Shown in pieces: positions 38,001 to 51,718 of a stretch of DNA of 64,000 nucleotides. Where the stretch lies: the NCBI GenBank assembly GCA_024137785.1, contig JAHRHZ010000066.1, positions 26,405,135-26,469,134 of the forward strand. The letters are read 5' to 3'. The notes beneath the pieces are model-generated. The model was given only the letters and a program-made list of their open reading frames with translations, was not told where the DNA came from and did not search any database. The DNA comes from Ginglymostoma cirratum. Taxonomy: Eukaryota. The stretch's first letter is position 1. Every line of letters starts with the position of its first letter. The position numbers were made by a program, and so were the translations under genes.

Positions 38001-39369
38001 CCTCACGAGGAAATACCCTCCAAAAAATTCAATGCATCTAAGACTTAACCAAGCAAATACAAGATTCAGTTGTAGCCACTGGAGATTCGAATATCAGGAG
38101 ACAAATCAGTATCCATATGAATATCACCATGAAAAATAAATCTATAACTTTCTTCTATGACGACACTAAAGGGTTTTTAAGCTGCCATCGAAAGAAAGTC
38201 TTTGAAATTATTTTCACCAAAATTCTCTGAAGAGTTGCATCAACCACCAAATCAGTCTTCATCTCTTTCTGATGATTTTTAAATAAGTTACTTATTAAAT
38301 TGGTAGCATTTTCACATCAGCACCTTACAGGCTTATGTCATTGTTTTAAAACTCACACCCGTTCGGTGTTCTTGAGTTTTTTTAAATACAAAAACTATTA
38401 AAGCTGTGGGAAATACAGCTGCATTCTGTTGATAAGGTGCAAGAATTTATCTCCAGTTTAAGTGTTCATTGCAGGGTGATCAGTAACCCAAGTGGCTGCT
38501 CAGATGAAAGTCTCCATTCTCTTGTATTTCACTGGAAGAATAGGATCTACTTTGTCAGTTTGATTGAAATAAAGTTGTATGGGGTTTTTTCAGTTTAAGA
38601 AAGGAATATTTCTGGATTATTCAGGTATATGAAATCTGTAGATTACAAAAGCACTTTGGGTTCTCTCTCAGAGATAGGAAATGAGTTGAAAAGATACTTA
38701 CACTTCCTGTAATTTCCAGCATAATATAGTCAGAGAATATCATTTAAAACATTGCAGCTGAGAATCATGAGAAATAATTGAATTTTTAAAATATAAATAA
38801 TTGAATCTTCAGAATGTCAGCTGTACTTATTTCAAATGCATCAATTCATCTGCCCTTAAGGCCCTAACAAACTCAGATAATAGTGAGTGAAGCAACAAGC
38901 CACAGCATCCAGTCTTTGTACTTTGCTGAACTTGCAGATGATATTTCTGATATAAGAAACATCTACTTGCATTCGTATTGAGGCTTTTAATGTTGAAAAC
39001 ATCTCAAAGTGATTCACTGTTTGTTTAGGATAAAGGGAGGGCTAGAATGATTCCTGAATTTGCCATAATCCCAGAAGGTGTTCTCTCAGTAGAGCTTAGG
39101 CTAAGGATCACCAATGCTCAGGCAAGGATGAGGGTAGAGTCCCCTCAAAGCAACTTTATCTAGTATGGGCATTGAAGCTACACAGCTGGCATTTCTCTGC
39201 CTTTTGTGCAAGTTATTTAGCCAACTGAGCTCAACAACTTTGGTTAAATTCTGCTTTGAGGCTTGAATGAAATAATTAAGGCCAACATTCCAGAGCAATC
39301 CTAATGGACTGTCACACTGTGTCACAATGGACTGTTAGCAGTGCCATCAAGGTCCTGTCTAACTGCTGT

Positions 39370-39620
39370 AATGCATATAGAAGATCATAGGGCATTATTT
39401 TGAAGAGGAGCATGTGAATTTATTCTCGTTTTCTGGCCAGTATTTGTTTTTCAATTAACAAATAATCGATTATCAAGTCATTGTTACACCCCTGTTTGTG
39501 GGTGGTTGCTGTACGCAAATCAGCTGTTACATTGCAACAACACAACGGTGATTCTACTCCAAAAATACTTTGAGATGTCTGGTGGTCATGAATAGTGTTT
39601 TATAAATGCAAATCATCTGC
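39370..39620 (+). mobile_element. SacSINE1/Deu-like SINE 3' half
   Basis: agatcatagggcattattttgaagaggag..ctgtttgtggg..ttgctgtacgcaaat..tataaatgca. Confidence 0.75.
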
Positions 39621-41224
39621 TTTTATGTGCTGGAAGCAGTTCTGATATGATTTACCAGACTAATATTCAGAAATGGGCAGGTTGTCTTACGAGGAAAGGT
39701 CAGAAAGGCTAAGCTTGTATCCTAGGAATTAGAAGAGTTAGAATCAACTTGATTGAAACATTGAAGTTCCCTGAGGATGGGTGTGGGGGGGTTGGGGTTT
39801 GGGCGGGGGTGTGCCTAGACAGAATGCATGTTTCCTCTTATGGGAGAATCGAGAACTAGATGTCACTGTTTCAAAATAAGGGCTTGCCCATACATGACAG
39901 AGATCAGATGATACAGTCTTTGTACCAATTGTATGGTAGATACAAAATCAGGAAGCTCAGTGATAGCCCTTAAACATCTTAGTCAACAGTCATGGGTTCA
40001 ACTTCTATTTCATACAATAGACATATGATCTAGGCTGACACATTATGTAGTCCTGCAGTCTAATGCTTTGTTGAAAGTCTCAGACGAGATATTAAACAAG
40101 GTGTTGTCTGTTCTCTCAAAAAGACATAAGAGATCTTAGATTTCTACATAAAGAAGATCAGGGAAGTCTCCTTGATGTTTTGTCCAATATGTATTCCTCA
40201 AGGAACACCTATCGATCCAGTCATTTTCTTCAGAATTGTTTATGGAATTGTGAGCTATGATGATCTGATTTCATGCCCAGAAAGGCAAGTGGAAATAGTT
40301 CCAAGGGAACTAGGCAAATGCTTGAAACTAAAAGAGATTGAAAAGGAGCAAAGTTTTGGGACAAGTTGGAAGACTTTTTCAACAAGCTAGTGCAATGGAA
40401 CAAATGCTCTCATTTTGTGCTGTTAGATTCGGGATTGAATGAAGCAGGAAGAAACAAATCACTCTATGAATGAAAACAGAAATTTCTGGAGAAACTTAGC
40501 AGATCAGGCACCATCTGTGGAGACAGCATTTCAAATCCAGTGGCCCTTCTTCAGAACATAGAGAAGATTGCCAGCTGCCATTCTAGTTTAAGTAACTGTC
40601 TTCACAAATAGAAAATGCAAACTGATAGGCTATTCTGATGACTAATTAGGGTGTTGTAGTCAATTATAACATCATCATATCTCGCTCACTACATGTGCAC
40701 TTTCCAGTAAGAGTTTCTACACAATTCCTGTCATGAACAAGAAGCCTGGCTGATTTATCCTATTTTTGTCCATGAGGACTGAGATAGGAAAAATCAATTT
40801 TGGCAGTAAACAAATGTGCAAGTTCTAAATATTAAAATTACACTCCCTAAAAGGGTTAATCTGTAGTGCTTCTCTGTTCGCCTAGACAGAAAAGAGAAGC
40901 TTGGAGCTGTTGTTTCTCACAAGGTCAATTGCCAAACTTGATCAGCAATCCAGTGATTAAAATTGCCATTGCCAGAACAGTTTCCCAGTGGAAATTCAAT
41001 TCCAAGTTAACAATCTGTCCCAATCGCTTCTGCCTGAACCTGTTACTTCTAGAAACTGATAAAATGTGAAAGAATAAGCCTTATATTTGACTTCTTCCGT
41101 GCATCATGACTCATGTGGACATAGCCATCAGTACAGACTAGTTGGGCTAAATGGCCTGTTCTGTTGCTGAGTATTGATTTTAATGTTAGATATTCTTCCC
41201 TCCAACCACCCACCATCCTCTTCT

Positions 41225-41343
41225 AAATAAAAACCGAAAGGACTGCGGATGACGGTCACCGGAACCAAAACATTAACTCTGTTTTTTTCCTTCACTGATG
41301 CTGCCAGACCTGCTGAGCTTCTCCAGCAACTTTGTTTTTGCAT
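41225..41343 (+). mobile_element. Penelope-tail element with short inverted 5' piece
   Basis: 11-bp TSD catcctcttct at 41214-41224 and 41344-41354. Confidence 0.85.
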
Positions 41344-41606
41344 CATCCTCTTCTGTCCATCCTAGCACCACCCTGTCTAGAGGGTTTACAATTAAAGGAT
41401 ACAAAATAAATAAAAACTAGCTGAATATTTGTCACTTGTCTAAACATTTGTTTACCAAGCAGGTTACTGGAAACTTACTATAAGTCATTAGCCATATAAC
41501 GTTACTTTGTTCAAGCAGTGGGGGACCCTGCTTGGGGATGGGCTGGTGATAGGGGGCTGTGTACAAAGTATGTGTATATGAAGTGAAAGACTCTAATTAT
41601 ATTTTA

Positions 41607-41743
41607 TAAAAACCGAAAGAACTGTGGATGCTGTAAATCATGAACAAAAACAGAAATTGCTGGAAAAGCTCAGCAGGTCTGGCAGCACGTATAAAAAAAA
41701 AATCAGAGTTAACGTTTCGGGTCCAGTGACCCTTCCTGAGAAC
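41607..41743 (-). mobile_element. Penelope-tail element with near-intact hammerhead core
   Basis: Minus strand agtt-ctCagga-agggtcactggaccc-GAAAC-GTT-aact (G5 changed to C). Confidence 0.85.
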
Positions 41744-42019
41744 TTGGCTTATCCTTACATAGAAATCGTTGTACACCAATTTGAATGTTATCGATGCATT
41801 TAAGGAGGAACCAGATAAACATATGAGGAGAAGGGAGTGATTGGGTATGATGGTGGATTCAGATAAAAAATGACTGAGGAATTCAAAATGAAGCATTAAA
41901 TCCGACATGGTTAAGATGGATTGAATAAGACCAGGCTGTTTCTAAATCATATATCCAATGTATGTAATTATATGAATATGATGTGAGTTTTATGTTGAAG
42001 AAAAACTAGCAGAAAGGCT

Positions 42020-42690
42020 TATTGCAATAATGTCTAATGCAATAGCTTTCATTTGTCATCATGGCACCATTTTGAATAATTTAAGAAAAAGGGAAAAAGA
42101 GATATAGCTTGAAGAGAATCCATCAGTCCTGAGCCAGCTCATCACTGTCAACGATGCCTGCGCCGCCATCACCCCGCCACCGTTTCACGCCATTTGCACT
42201 GAACCCAACAAACATAGACGTGGCCAATCCTCAGGCACTGTCTTTGCCACTGGGCTGATAATCCTCCACCACTGTCTCACCGCCACCTGCGCAGGACCAG
42301 CCAACATCAGAGTCGCATCTCTCACTACTGGGCCCACCTCACTGATGATGCTGTGATACCCTTCCGCCACCACCAGCACCGGACCCAACCAACAGCAAAG
42401 TCGCTGATCCTTAGGTGCCACCTTTTGCCTATTTCCCCAATGTCACCTCTGCCGATGTAGCAGCCGCCAATTCCAGGTCCTGTGCTTGCTCCAGAAAAGT
42501 AAGTAGGGGCTCGCTCTTCCCTGAACTGGTCTCACTTGAGGTCCGTGCCCTAGCCCCGGCTCAAGGTCTGCGTTTGGGCTCTCACCACTGCCAGTGCTCT
42601 CCAAGCTCAGGACAAGGTAAGTAAGTAAACAAAAAGAAGAGAGAGGGGAAAAGAAAGAAAAAGAAAAGTGGTCAGAGCTGAGGTTTGAAA
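42020..42690 (-). repeat. GC-rich unclassified interspersed repeat
   Basis: On the minus strand: pyrimidine-rich start, GC-rich body, and aaaatggtgccatg..gcaataa LINE-like end. Confidence 0.4.
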
Positions 42691-42825
42691 GGATATGGGC
42701 AAACACTGGCAAGGAGCACTAGTTTAATTTGGGAACATGGTCAATGTAGTCTAGTTGGACTGAAGGGTCTATTTCCATGCTGTATGATACTAGGACTCTG
42801 TAACTCTATAACTTACAATACTTTT

Positions 42826-42932
42826 CAGCTCTGAAGAAGATTCATGCCAGACTCAAAATATTAACTCTGTTTCTCCCTCCATAGATGCTGCCAGACCTGT
42901 TGTGTCTCTCAGCATTCTTTGTGTTTGTTTCT
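42826..42932 (+). mobile_element. Penelope-tail element
   Basis: agct-CTGAAGA-agattcatgccagactc-aaaatattaactc. Confidence 0.8.
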
Positions 42933-43229
42933 CAATGCACTGTTCCCTTGCCCAAGGCAGAATCTGAACCTTCTGTTGTGAAGGGATGTTCAGACAACTG
43001 TCATGGCCCAGTTTGGAAGCACTACAGCCACGTTAAGAAGCAGGCCAGTGAGTCACACAGTATCACAGGCTGCTGTGAGCTCTAGTAGCACCATACCTTT
43101 TCTTCCAGGTTTTCCTGAAGCCATTTTTAATGTGGGTTGTGAATATCAGTATTTGATCACATGTTTTGTTTCCCCTATGGAAACCAACATAGTTGACATT
43201 AAGAATAGCCTCTCCTTCCAAGGATATGT

Positions 43230-43480
43230 GTTATAGAATAATGCACCCAGTGTTCTTAAAACAGACAGAAAGTAGTAAAATCAGCATTAGCTGGCTGCCA
43301 ATGTGAGATCTTTTCCTGGTTTTGGAATGGCAATAATTTTCACAATATGCAATCCATTTGGGAATGAGTTTGACCTGATGATTCCTGCGCAGAACTGAGT
43401 CGCCTGGACACAAGCATGGGATCCAAGTTGTTTCAGGAGTTCTGGTGCAATGTTGTCATAACTCCTGCTTTGCGGCATCA
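43230..43480 (-). mobile_element. Non-CR1 LINE RT fragment (RTE-X/jockey-like)
   Basis: DNIAPELLKQLG..KIIAIPKPGKD..LLLSVCFK. Confidence 0.65.
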
Positions 43481-44152
43481 AAATGTTACTGTGATGATGT
43501 TTTACGAATTAAAGAATTGCTTATTTCTTAAAGACTTGCTTGTTTCTGTTGGAGAGCAGTTGCCTAATAAAAAATGCAGATAATAGCACACATTTATCTG
43601 TATCCTGTACAGGATAGATAAAAACTCAGCAAAGCTTAGTTTTGCTGAGCCTTAACTAGAAGCATTCACCGTGGAAAGTTCTTACAACCTTACAGATGAT
43701 CCTTCAAAAACAATCATTCATGGGATCTGAAGGCCATCTTTTGTTGGCCATTTCCAATTATCCTTGAGTTGATGGCAATGTTTGAACCTCTGCAGCCTGT
43801 GAGTTGTAGGCACTCCCAGTGCTGTTTAAGGAGACGGTCCAGACTTTTAATTCAGCAAGGCTGGAAGAACACCAGAAATGCCCAAATTAGGATAATGCAT
43901 AATTTGGTGTTTAGTATTCCCATGCACCTACTACCATTGGCCCTACTCAGTGATAGCTGTTGCAAGTTTTATATTGTAACATTTAAATGCAATTATTGTT
44001 GATGTAGAATGCAAAATGTTGAAAGCCACACAATTTCCAGAACTGATCCTCCTATTTTGTTTAATGTATCACGAGCGTACCAAAGTGTCTGAACTACTGA
44101 CCACCATTCGTAATAATCCAGGGTAATTTTGAAAAGGCAACATAAAAAGATG

Positions 44153-44352
44153 TGATAACAAAGTATGGAGCTGGAGGAAAACTGCAGGTCAAGCAGCATC
44201 AGAGAACAGGAAAGCTGATGTTTCTGAAGAAGGGTCCCGACCCGAAACATCAGCTTTCCTGTTCTTCTGATGCTGCCTGGCCTGCAGTGTTCCTCCAGCT
44301 CCACACTTTGGTATCTCTAACTCCAGAATCTGCAGTTCTTGCTATCTATCTC
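44153..44352. mobile_element. Foldback Penelope-tail element with hammerhead core in the loop
   Basis: About 70-bp inverted arms; CTGAAGA 44224-44230, gggtcccgaccc, GAAAC 44244-44248. Confidence 0.9.
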
Positions 44353-44354
44353 AT

Positions 44355-45125
44355 AGATAAATGTGAGGCTGGCAGGACTTAAACACTTCATGATAAGGTC
44401 CGGGGAAATGTTGCTGAACAAAGTGACCTTGGAGTGCAGGTTCATAGTTCCTTGAAAATGGAACTGCAGGTTGACGGGGTAGTGAAGACGGCAATTGTTA
44501 CGCTTGCCTTCATTGGTCAGTGCGTTGAGTATAGGGGTTGGGAGGTTATGTTGCAGCTGTACAAGACATTGGTTAGACCACTTTTGGAATATTGCATTCA
44601 GTTCTGATCTCCCTGGTATAGGAAAGATATTGTAAAATTTGAATGGGTTCAGAAAAGATTTGCAAGGATGTTGCCGGGGTTGAAGGGTTTCAGCTATAGA
44701 GAAAGGCTGAATGGGCTAGGGCTGTTTTCCCTGGAACGTCAGGGGCTGAGGGGTGAACTTGTAGAAGTTTATAAAATCATGAAGGGCATGGAAAGGGTGA
44801 ATAGTCAAGGTCTTTTCCCAGGGTAGGGAAGTCCAAAACTAGAGTGCATAGGTTAAAATGAGAGGGGAAGGATTTTAAAGGGACCTAAGGGGCAACTTTT
44901 TCACACAGAGGGTGGTGTATGTATGGAATGAACTGCCAGAGGAAGTGGTGGACACTGGTACAATTACAACATAAAAGGCATCTGGATGGATATGTAAATA
45001 GAAAGGGTTTAGAAGGATATGGGCCAAATGCTGGTAATTGGGACTCGATCAGTTTACAACATCTGGTCAGCATGGACGCGTTGGACCAATGAGTCTGTTT
45101 CTATGCTGTACATCTCCATGACTCT
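44355..45125 (+). mobile_element. CR1 LINE 3' part
   Basis: LYKTLVRPLLEYCIQF..FTQRVVYVWNELP; tail tccatgactctat. Confidence 0.92.
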
Positions 45126-46723
45126 ATTATATTTTCCCATCTTCAGTAGGAAACCATTTGGAAAACAGAAACTCCAGCAGATTGTACCTGGTCAGAGGGT
45201 TTTACCTTTCAACTTGACAGCAATAAATTCCGCACTGATTTTGACAAATGAAAGATATGAAATTATAACACTGTGTATTCAGTTTTGAGACTGCAGCAGA
45301 TCCAGAGAACAAGCACAATGGACTGTTTTGTGTAGATATCATTTTGTTTTCATGGCAATTTAACCTCAAGACTTCTGGATACCTCTGAACTGCTGTATCA
45401 ATGCATACACTTCCAACACCCACTGCTCTTGACTTTGTGACTGAGATTTGAAATTTGCTCATATGTAATGATATCCATAAACGCTCTAAGCATTCTAAAG
45501 ATCAGCTGTACATAGAAAATTCTGCTCTAATTGTCATTTTCATAAAGAATGACACTTTTTGAATATAAATGGCTTCCTTTTGAGGATTACAATTCTTCAA
45601 GTAAAATGATCAGACTGTCAGGTTTGGTAGCTTTTTGCAATTTGCTAACGCTCTCTCTCTCTCTAAGCTTTGAAGAATTAGAGCACAAGTCCTTCCATCA
45701 GTAAGTGTAAATAGCCTTTAATCTTGGACAAGTTAGTTGCCATTATAAAATCCATCTGCATCTGCCACAAAATGGGTTAATTTTAACATCAAGATGCTGC
45801 CACATGTATTTAATCCTATTTTGTAAAATTCTCTCCAGACATAGTTAGTATTTCTTACATATTTATTGCAAAGGCCAAGCAGGTCATTTACTGTCAATCA
45901 GACAATCTCTGCAGTTCCACATCTCCACAGTATTGACAAATACATGTATTGCATTTGATCTGTTGAGTCTGCTGTCTTTCCATTTCTGAGAGTCTCATAC
46001 CTGCTGCTCCTAAGCTAACTATTTAACTTACCCTAGAATATACTTCCTAATTGGAAAGACAATTTTTAGTACGAGCAATAGCCATTGGATGAGCTATGTA
46101 TGTATTGGAATCTCAGGTTATTAGTTCCATGATGACTTTGTACAAAAATAAATGAACTGTTTCCAGGGAGCTGCTTGTTTTACTCTTCAATTGCAGCCGT
46201 CACTTAGCAGTTGGTCTACAGCCAACACTCTAACTAGGAAAATACAACAGGATGTACCAGTTAGAAATGACTCACTAAGGGTCCCCTTACTTTCAAGTTT
46301 TGCTCTGGAAAGGTATCCATTGGTCTGACATTTCTGCTCATGTTCTGACTGCTTAACACCTCCACGTCACCCATGATGCACAAATGAAGAGTGTGATGAA
46401 TTTCTCTCAGGATGGGTTCAGCTGCAATGCCATTTACAAAACTTGACACTATCCAGAAAAAAAGGGAGTCCATTTGATTTGGTAAGTTATCAACCAGAAT
46501 CGATTTCCTTCAAAAATGTGGCATCATGGCTACATCCTACTAGAAGCTAAGCAACATTTTGACAAGGTTTCTTTGACAACAGTTCTCAAATGCTCAACCT
46601 CTATAATTGTAACCAAAAATTGGAAATGCGCTTCCAGATTCAGACTTGTTAAGAAATGTATTTTTATTCTATATTTTGGGTCAAGCCTCACTTTTAAGTA
46701 TTGTTCTAATTATATAATCACAG

Positions 46724-46840
46724 GATGGGCCTTTGTGGTGCAGTGGTAGTTTCCCTACTTCCGAGCCAGGAGGCCAAGGTCTCAGTCCCAACTTCTGCAG
46801 AATTGTGTAAGAACATCACTGAACAGGTTGATTAACTAAA
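46724..46840 (+). mobile_element. Short tRNA-derived SINE
   Basis: A box tggtgcagtggt; B-box-like ggtctcagtccc; flanking ataatca at 46714-46720 and 46845-46851. Confidence 0.65.
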
Positions 46841-46899
46841 AATGATAATCATGGAAACGTTATTATTTGCACGATAGCAGGCACAAAAAGAGCTTTGAA

Positions 46900-47920
46900 A
46901 TTTCACAGAATCATAGAATGGTACAAGCGCAGAAGGCTTCCTGCAAGAGCAAATTAACAGGCCCCAGTTTCCCATCCTTTAATTCTGCAAATAGCTTTTT
47001 CTTCAGGTGTTTGTCCAGTTTGATGCCATTTTGTCTTGTTTGACATTGCTTCACTCTGATTCTCAACCCTTCTTACATTAGAAACAGTTTCTCTGTAACT
47101 TCACTGTCTAGACCCCTTATGGTTTTAAACACATCTGTCAAATTTCCCTTCCTTAAGGAACACAATCTCAGCTTATGAGGGATGTGGATGGGGTAAACTG
47201 GAAGAAATTATTCCTCTTGATGGGGGCATCAATAATCAGGGGTCATAGACTTTAATCAAGAAGGTTTAATGGGGAATGTGAGGTAAAGCTTTTCCTCCCA
47301 CAGGGTGGTGGGGAATCTGGAATTCACTGCCTGTTTGGGCAGAAACCCTCATAACATTTAAGAAATATTTAGATGTACACATGTGATGTCAAAGCATATA
47401 GGGTGTGGACTATGTGATGGAAAATTGGAAAATGAGATTAGAATAGTTAGGTTGTTGCTTCTGACTGGTGCAGATATGATGGGCTGAAGGGCCATTTTCT
47501 GTGCTGTAGATCTCTATGACTTCTCCAATTACTCATGTAATGTAAAGTACTTCACATCTGGAACCATTCATGTGAATCTATTCTGCACCGTCTCGAAAAT
47601 CTTCATATCCTTCCTAGAGTCAAGCGGATGCAGTACTTGAGTTGAAACTGAATGAGTGTTTTATAAAGGCTCATCATAATGTCCTTGTTTTTGTACTCTA
47701 TGCCTTTTTTAACCACTTTCTCAACCTGACAAGCTAATTTCAATTATTTGAACACATATAACTCTACATTTCTTGGTTCCTGCACCCACTTTGGAATTAC
47801 AGCCTTTGGTTTATATTGCCTTTCCTTGATACTCCTACTTAAATGTATCATTTCACACTGCTCTGCATTAAACTTCATTTGCTGTGCATCCAGCCATTCA
47901 TCCAGCCTGTATCCAACCTC
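46900..47920. mobile_element. Nested CR1 fragments: a minus copy interrupted by a plus-strand 3' end at about 47175-47520
   Basis: CR1 3' motifs on both strands. Confidence 0.75.
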
Positions 47921-48059
47921 CTGTCAGCTCCCATGGTTTCTCTGACTTTGGAGAATGCTCACAGCGCAGTTACTGCCAGCAATCTCTTCATTGGCTTCTC
48001 CTAATTTCTCACTGACTAAAACTGACTGACCCTTGAATTGTTGTTCCTTAGACCTTGAA

Positions 48060-51000
48060 CTGATCTAAAGTAGTGGGAATTTGACTGGAGGGTAGGGTAG
48101 AGTGTTGTTGTTTGGAGGATAATATATTTAGTAATCCTCTTGGTTGGTAAGTAATATCTATAATTTCAGTAAGTGGATAAGATTTATTCATTCGTTTTTT
48201 GTTGACTTCTTAACCTATTAGTCACTAGGGAGTTAAAAATGACAGGTTGTGGTGTGATATTCTTCTCCTGTAGATTTGGGAAATCAGAGACAGTTTGAGT
48301 ATTCCTGATAACTACATCTGCAGGATGTGTATCCACATGGACCTCCTCTCAGACTGCATGGATTGACTGGAGCAGCAGTTTGACACATGCGGGTGGGCGG
48401 AAAGCCACATAGAAAGGAGTTTCAGGGCCATGGCCACATCCAAGTGCAGGCAGGCAGGCAGTGCAGGAGTCCCCTGTGGCTATTCCACTCTCAAACAAGT
48501 ATGCCATTATAGATACAATTGGAGGGGAAGGCCTATCAGGAAATAGCGACAGCAGTAGCCAAAATTGTGGCACCACAGCTAGCTATGTTGTACAGCAAGG
48601 AGGGTTGGAATGTAGAGCAGTGGTGGTCAAGGACACTATAGTCAGGGGCACAGATAGGTGTCCCTGTGGTTGCCAGCGAGATTCCAGGATAGCGTGTGTC
48701 TTGTGCCAGGATCAAGGATCTCTCCAAGCAGCCATAGAACATTCTGAAAAGGGAGGATGAACAGCTGGAGGTTGTGGTCCATATTGGAACTAACAACATA
48801 GGCAGAAAGGGTGATGACATCCTGCGAAAGGAATTTAGGGAGTTAGGCAGAAAATTAAATAGCAGGACCTGTAGGGTTATGATTTCAGGATTATACCCCA
48901 TGCCACGTGCTACTGAGACCAGAAAAGGAAAATATTACTGCTGAATAAGTGGCTAAAAAGCAGGTGTAGAAGGGAGAGATTCAGATATCTGGATCATTGG
49001 GATCTCTTCCAGGGCGGGAAGGACCTGGACAAGAAGGTCAGGATGCATCTAAACTGGAGGGGCACCTATATCCTGGCAAGAAGGTTTGCTAGAGCCACTC
49101 GGGAGGGTTTAAACTAGTATGGCAGGGGGGTGGCAATGGGCGCAGTAGGTCAGTATGTGAGGAGGAGGTAGAGATTAATGGCATGAACAAGCAGAGCCAG
49201 TTTAACGAACAAGGCAGGACTATAAAAAGTGCACTAAGACAGGAGGGAGAAATAATAAAACGATGCTGAAGGACAGGATAGAGTATACAGCCAAAACTGA
49301 AGTTTTTTTTATAGAAATGCACGGAGTGTAAGGAACAAATTAAATAATCTTCAGGCACAGATTCAAATTGGAAACTATGAGGTAGCTGCCATTACAGAGA
49401 CAACAGCTTAGAAGTGCTCAATTGTATAAAAGCTGAAAATAGGCTCCCACTAGATGTGACAAAGGAGATTTTATCAAGGAAAAATGGCTGGTTAAGAGTA
49501 TTATTCGCCCACTGAAGGCTGAGTGCAGGGATATTGGCAATCATTACAGGGAAATGGCACACAGGCTGAACAATTATTTTGCTTCAGTGTTCACAGCAGA
49601 AAAGGAGGATAACTTACCAGAAGTCCCAAACAGGTTAACAGAGAATCAGGGACAGCGTCTAAATAAAATTAGCTTCAGTAACTCATCAATAATGGGGAAC
49701 TAATGGAACTGAAGAGTGACAAATCCCCAGGACCTGATGGTTTCCATCCATGGGTATTAAAGGAGGTAGGGTCATGGAGTCATACACATGGAAACAGACT
49801 ATTCGGCTCAACTCTTCCATGCTGACAATGGTTCCTAGTTAACTAGTCCCATTTGGCTGCATTTGGCCCATATCCCTCTAAACCTTTCCTATACATGTAC
49901 TTGTCCAAATATCTTTTAAATGTTGGAATTTTACTCATCTGTACCACTTCCTCTGGCAGCTTGTTCTATAGACACATCACCCTCTGCCTGAAAAAGTTAC
50001 CCCTCAGGTCCCTTTTAAATCTTTCCCCTCTCACCTTAAACGTATGCCATCTAGTTCTGGACTCTCCTCCTGGTGAAAAGACCTTGGCTTTTCACCTTAT
50101 CTATGCCCCTCGTAGTTTTATAAACCTTTATAAGATCACCCCTCAATCTCCTACGATCCAGGGGAAAAAGTCCTGGCCTATCCAGTTTCTATTATACCTC
50201 AAACCCTCCAGTCTCAGTAACGTTCTTAATGATACTCCAACCATAATCTTTCAGAGATCCCTGGATTCAGGAGTTGAGCCTCTGATTTGGCAATTTGCTC
50301 ATGTCACACTGTTATTTATGAAGGCTAACAGAAAGAAACCAGAGAATTCCAAACCAGTTAACCTGACATCTGTGGTGAGGAAATTGTTGGAGTTTACAGT
50401 CAAAGAAAGGATAACTGATCACCTCAAAAAATTTCAGTTAATCGGCTAGAGTCAGCATGGATTCATGAAGATTAGGTCATGCCTGACAGATCTTACAGAG
50501 CGTTTTTGAAGCGGTCATAAGAGGTGGTGGACAGAAGTAAGTTGATGGATGTTTTGCTCATATGGACTTTCAGAAGGCTTTTGATAAAGTCCCACACAAA
50601 AGACTTAGCTAAGGTAATTGAGGAAAAACGACTGACATGGACAGGAAATTGGTTGAGTGACAGGAAACAGAGAGTTGGAATGTTGGGTAAGTACTCAAAT
50701 TGGCAGGATGCGACTAATGGTGTCCCATGGGGATCTATGTTGGTGCCTTAATTATTCACAATATGCATTAATAACTTGGATACTGACATACAAACGTCGA
50801 ATATCCATATTTGCTGATGACTCAAAATTGGACAGCATTGTAGATAGCGTTGAAGATAGCATAAAATTACAACAGGATATTGATAGATTAAGGGAATGGG
50901 TAAAGTTGCAGTAGATGGATTTTAATTTCAACAAGGTTATCCATTTCAGCCTGAAAAAGAATAAATCAGGCTATTTATTGGGAGGCACAATGTTAAATAC

Positions 51001-51718
51001 AATGGATGTCGAATGAGATTTGGGGGTTCAGGTGCATAGCACTTTAAATTGTAACAAACAGGTGCAGAAAATAGTCAAGGAGGCTAATATGGAACACAGG
51101 CCTTCACATCTAAAGCGCTGGAGTATAAGAATGCAGATGTTATGCTGCAGTTATATAAAAGACTAGTTGGACCCCACTTCGAGTACTGTGAGCAGCTCTG
51201 GGCACCACACCTTAGAAAGGATGCATTGACTTTGGAGTGAATTCAAACCAGGTTTACATGATTCAGAGCTTAAGTTATGAGGAGATGTTAGACAAGTTAG
51301 GCCCTTTTTCTCCATAATTTAAAAGTTTAAGGGGTGATCTAAGTGAAGTCTTCAGGATATTAACAGGGAAAGACTGGATAGATAAAGTTAACCTATTACC
51401 GCTGGTTGAAGATTCTAGAACCAGGAGGTAGATTCTAAGATTTAGGGCCAGCCCATACAGGAGAGATGTTAGAAAGCTCTCCTACATGCAAAGAGTATTG
51501 GAGGTTTCAAATTCTCTTCCTCAGATGGCAGTCAATGCTTATTCAATTGTTAAATTTAAATTTGGAATAGACAATTTTTATTAACCAAGGGTATCAAGGG
51601 ATATGGATACAAGGCAGGCATATGGAGTTAGGCCACTGATTAGCCATGTTCTCATTGAATGGCAGAACAGCCTTGAGGGGCTGAATGTCCTACTCCTATT
51701 CTATGTTCCTATATTCCT
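48060..51718 (+). mobile_element. Near full-length CR1 LINE (ORF1 zinc finger and SGNH esterase, endonuclease largely deleted, RT, tail) with an antisense CR1 insert at about 49771-50225
   Basis: YICRMC..LEQQ, QESPVAIPLSNKY, DTIVRGTDR, VVVHIGTN; RT FQKAFDKVPH, IFADDSK; tail ttctatgttcctat. Confidence 0.92.

Noticed and set aside
49853-50449. 198-aa ORF as a novel protein
   Set aside because: Chimera of an antisense CR1 tail read into sense CR1 ORF2
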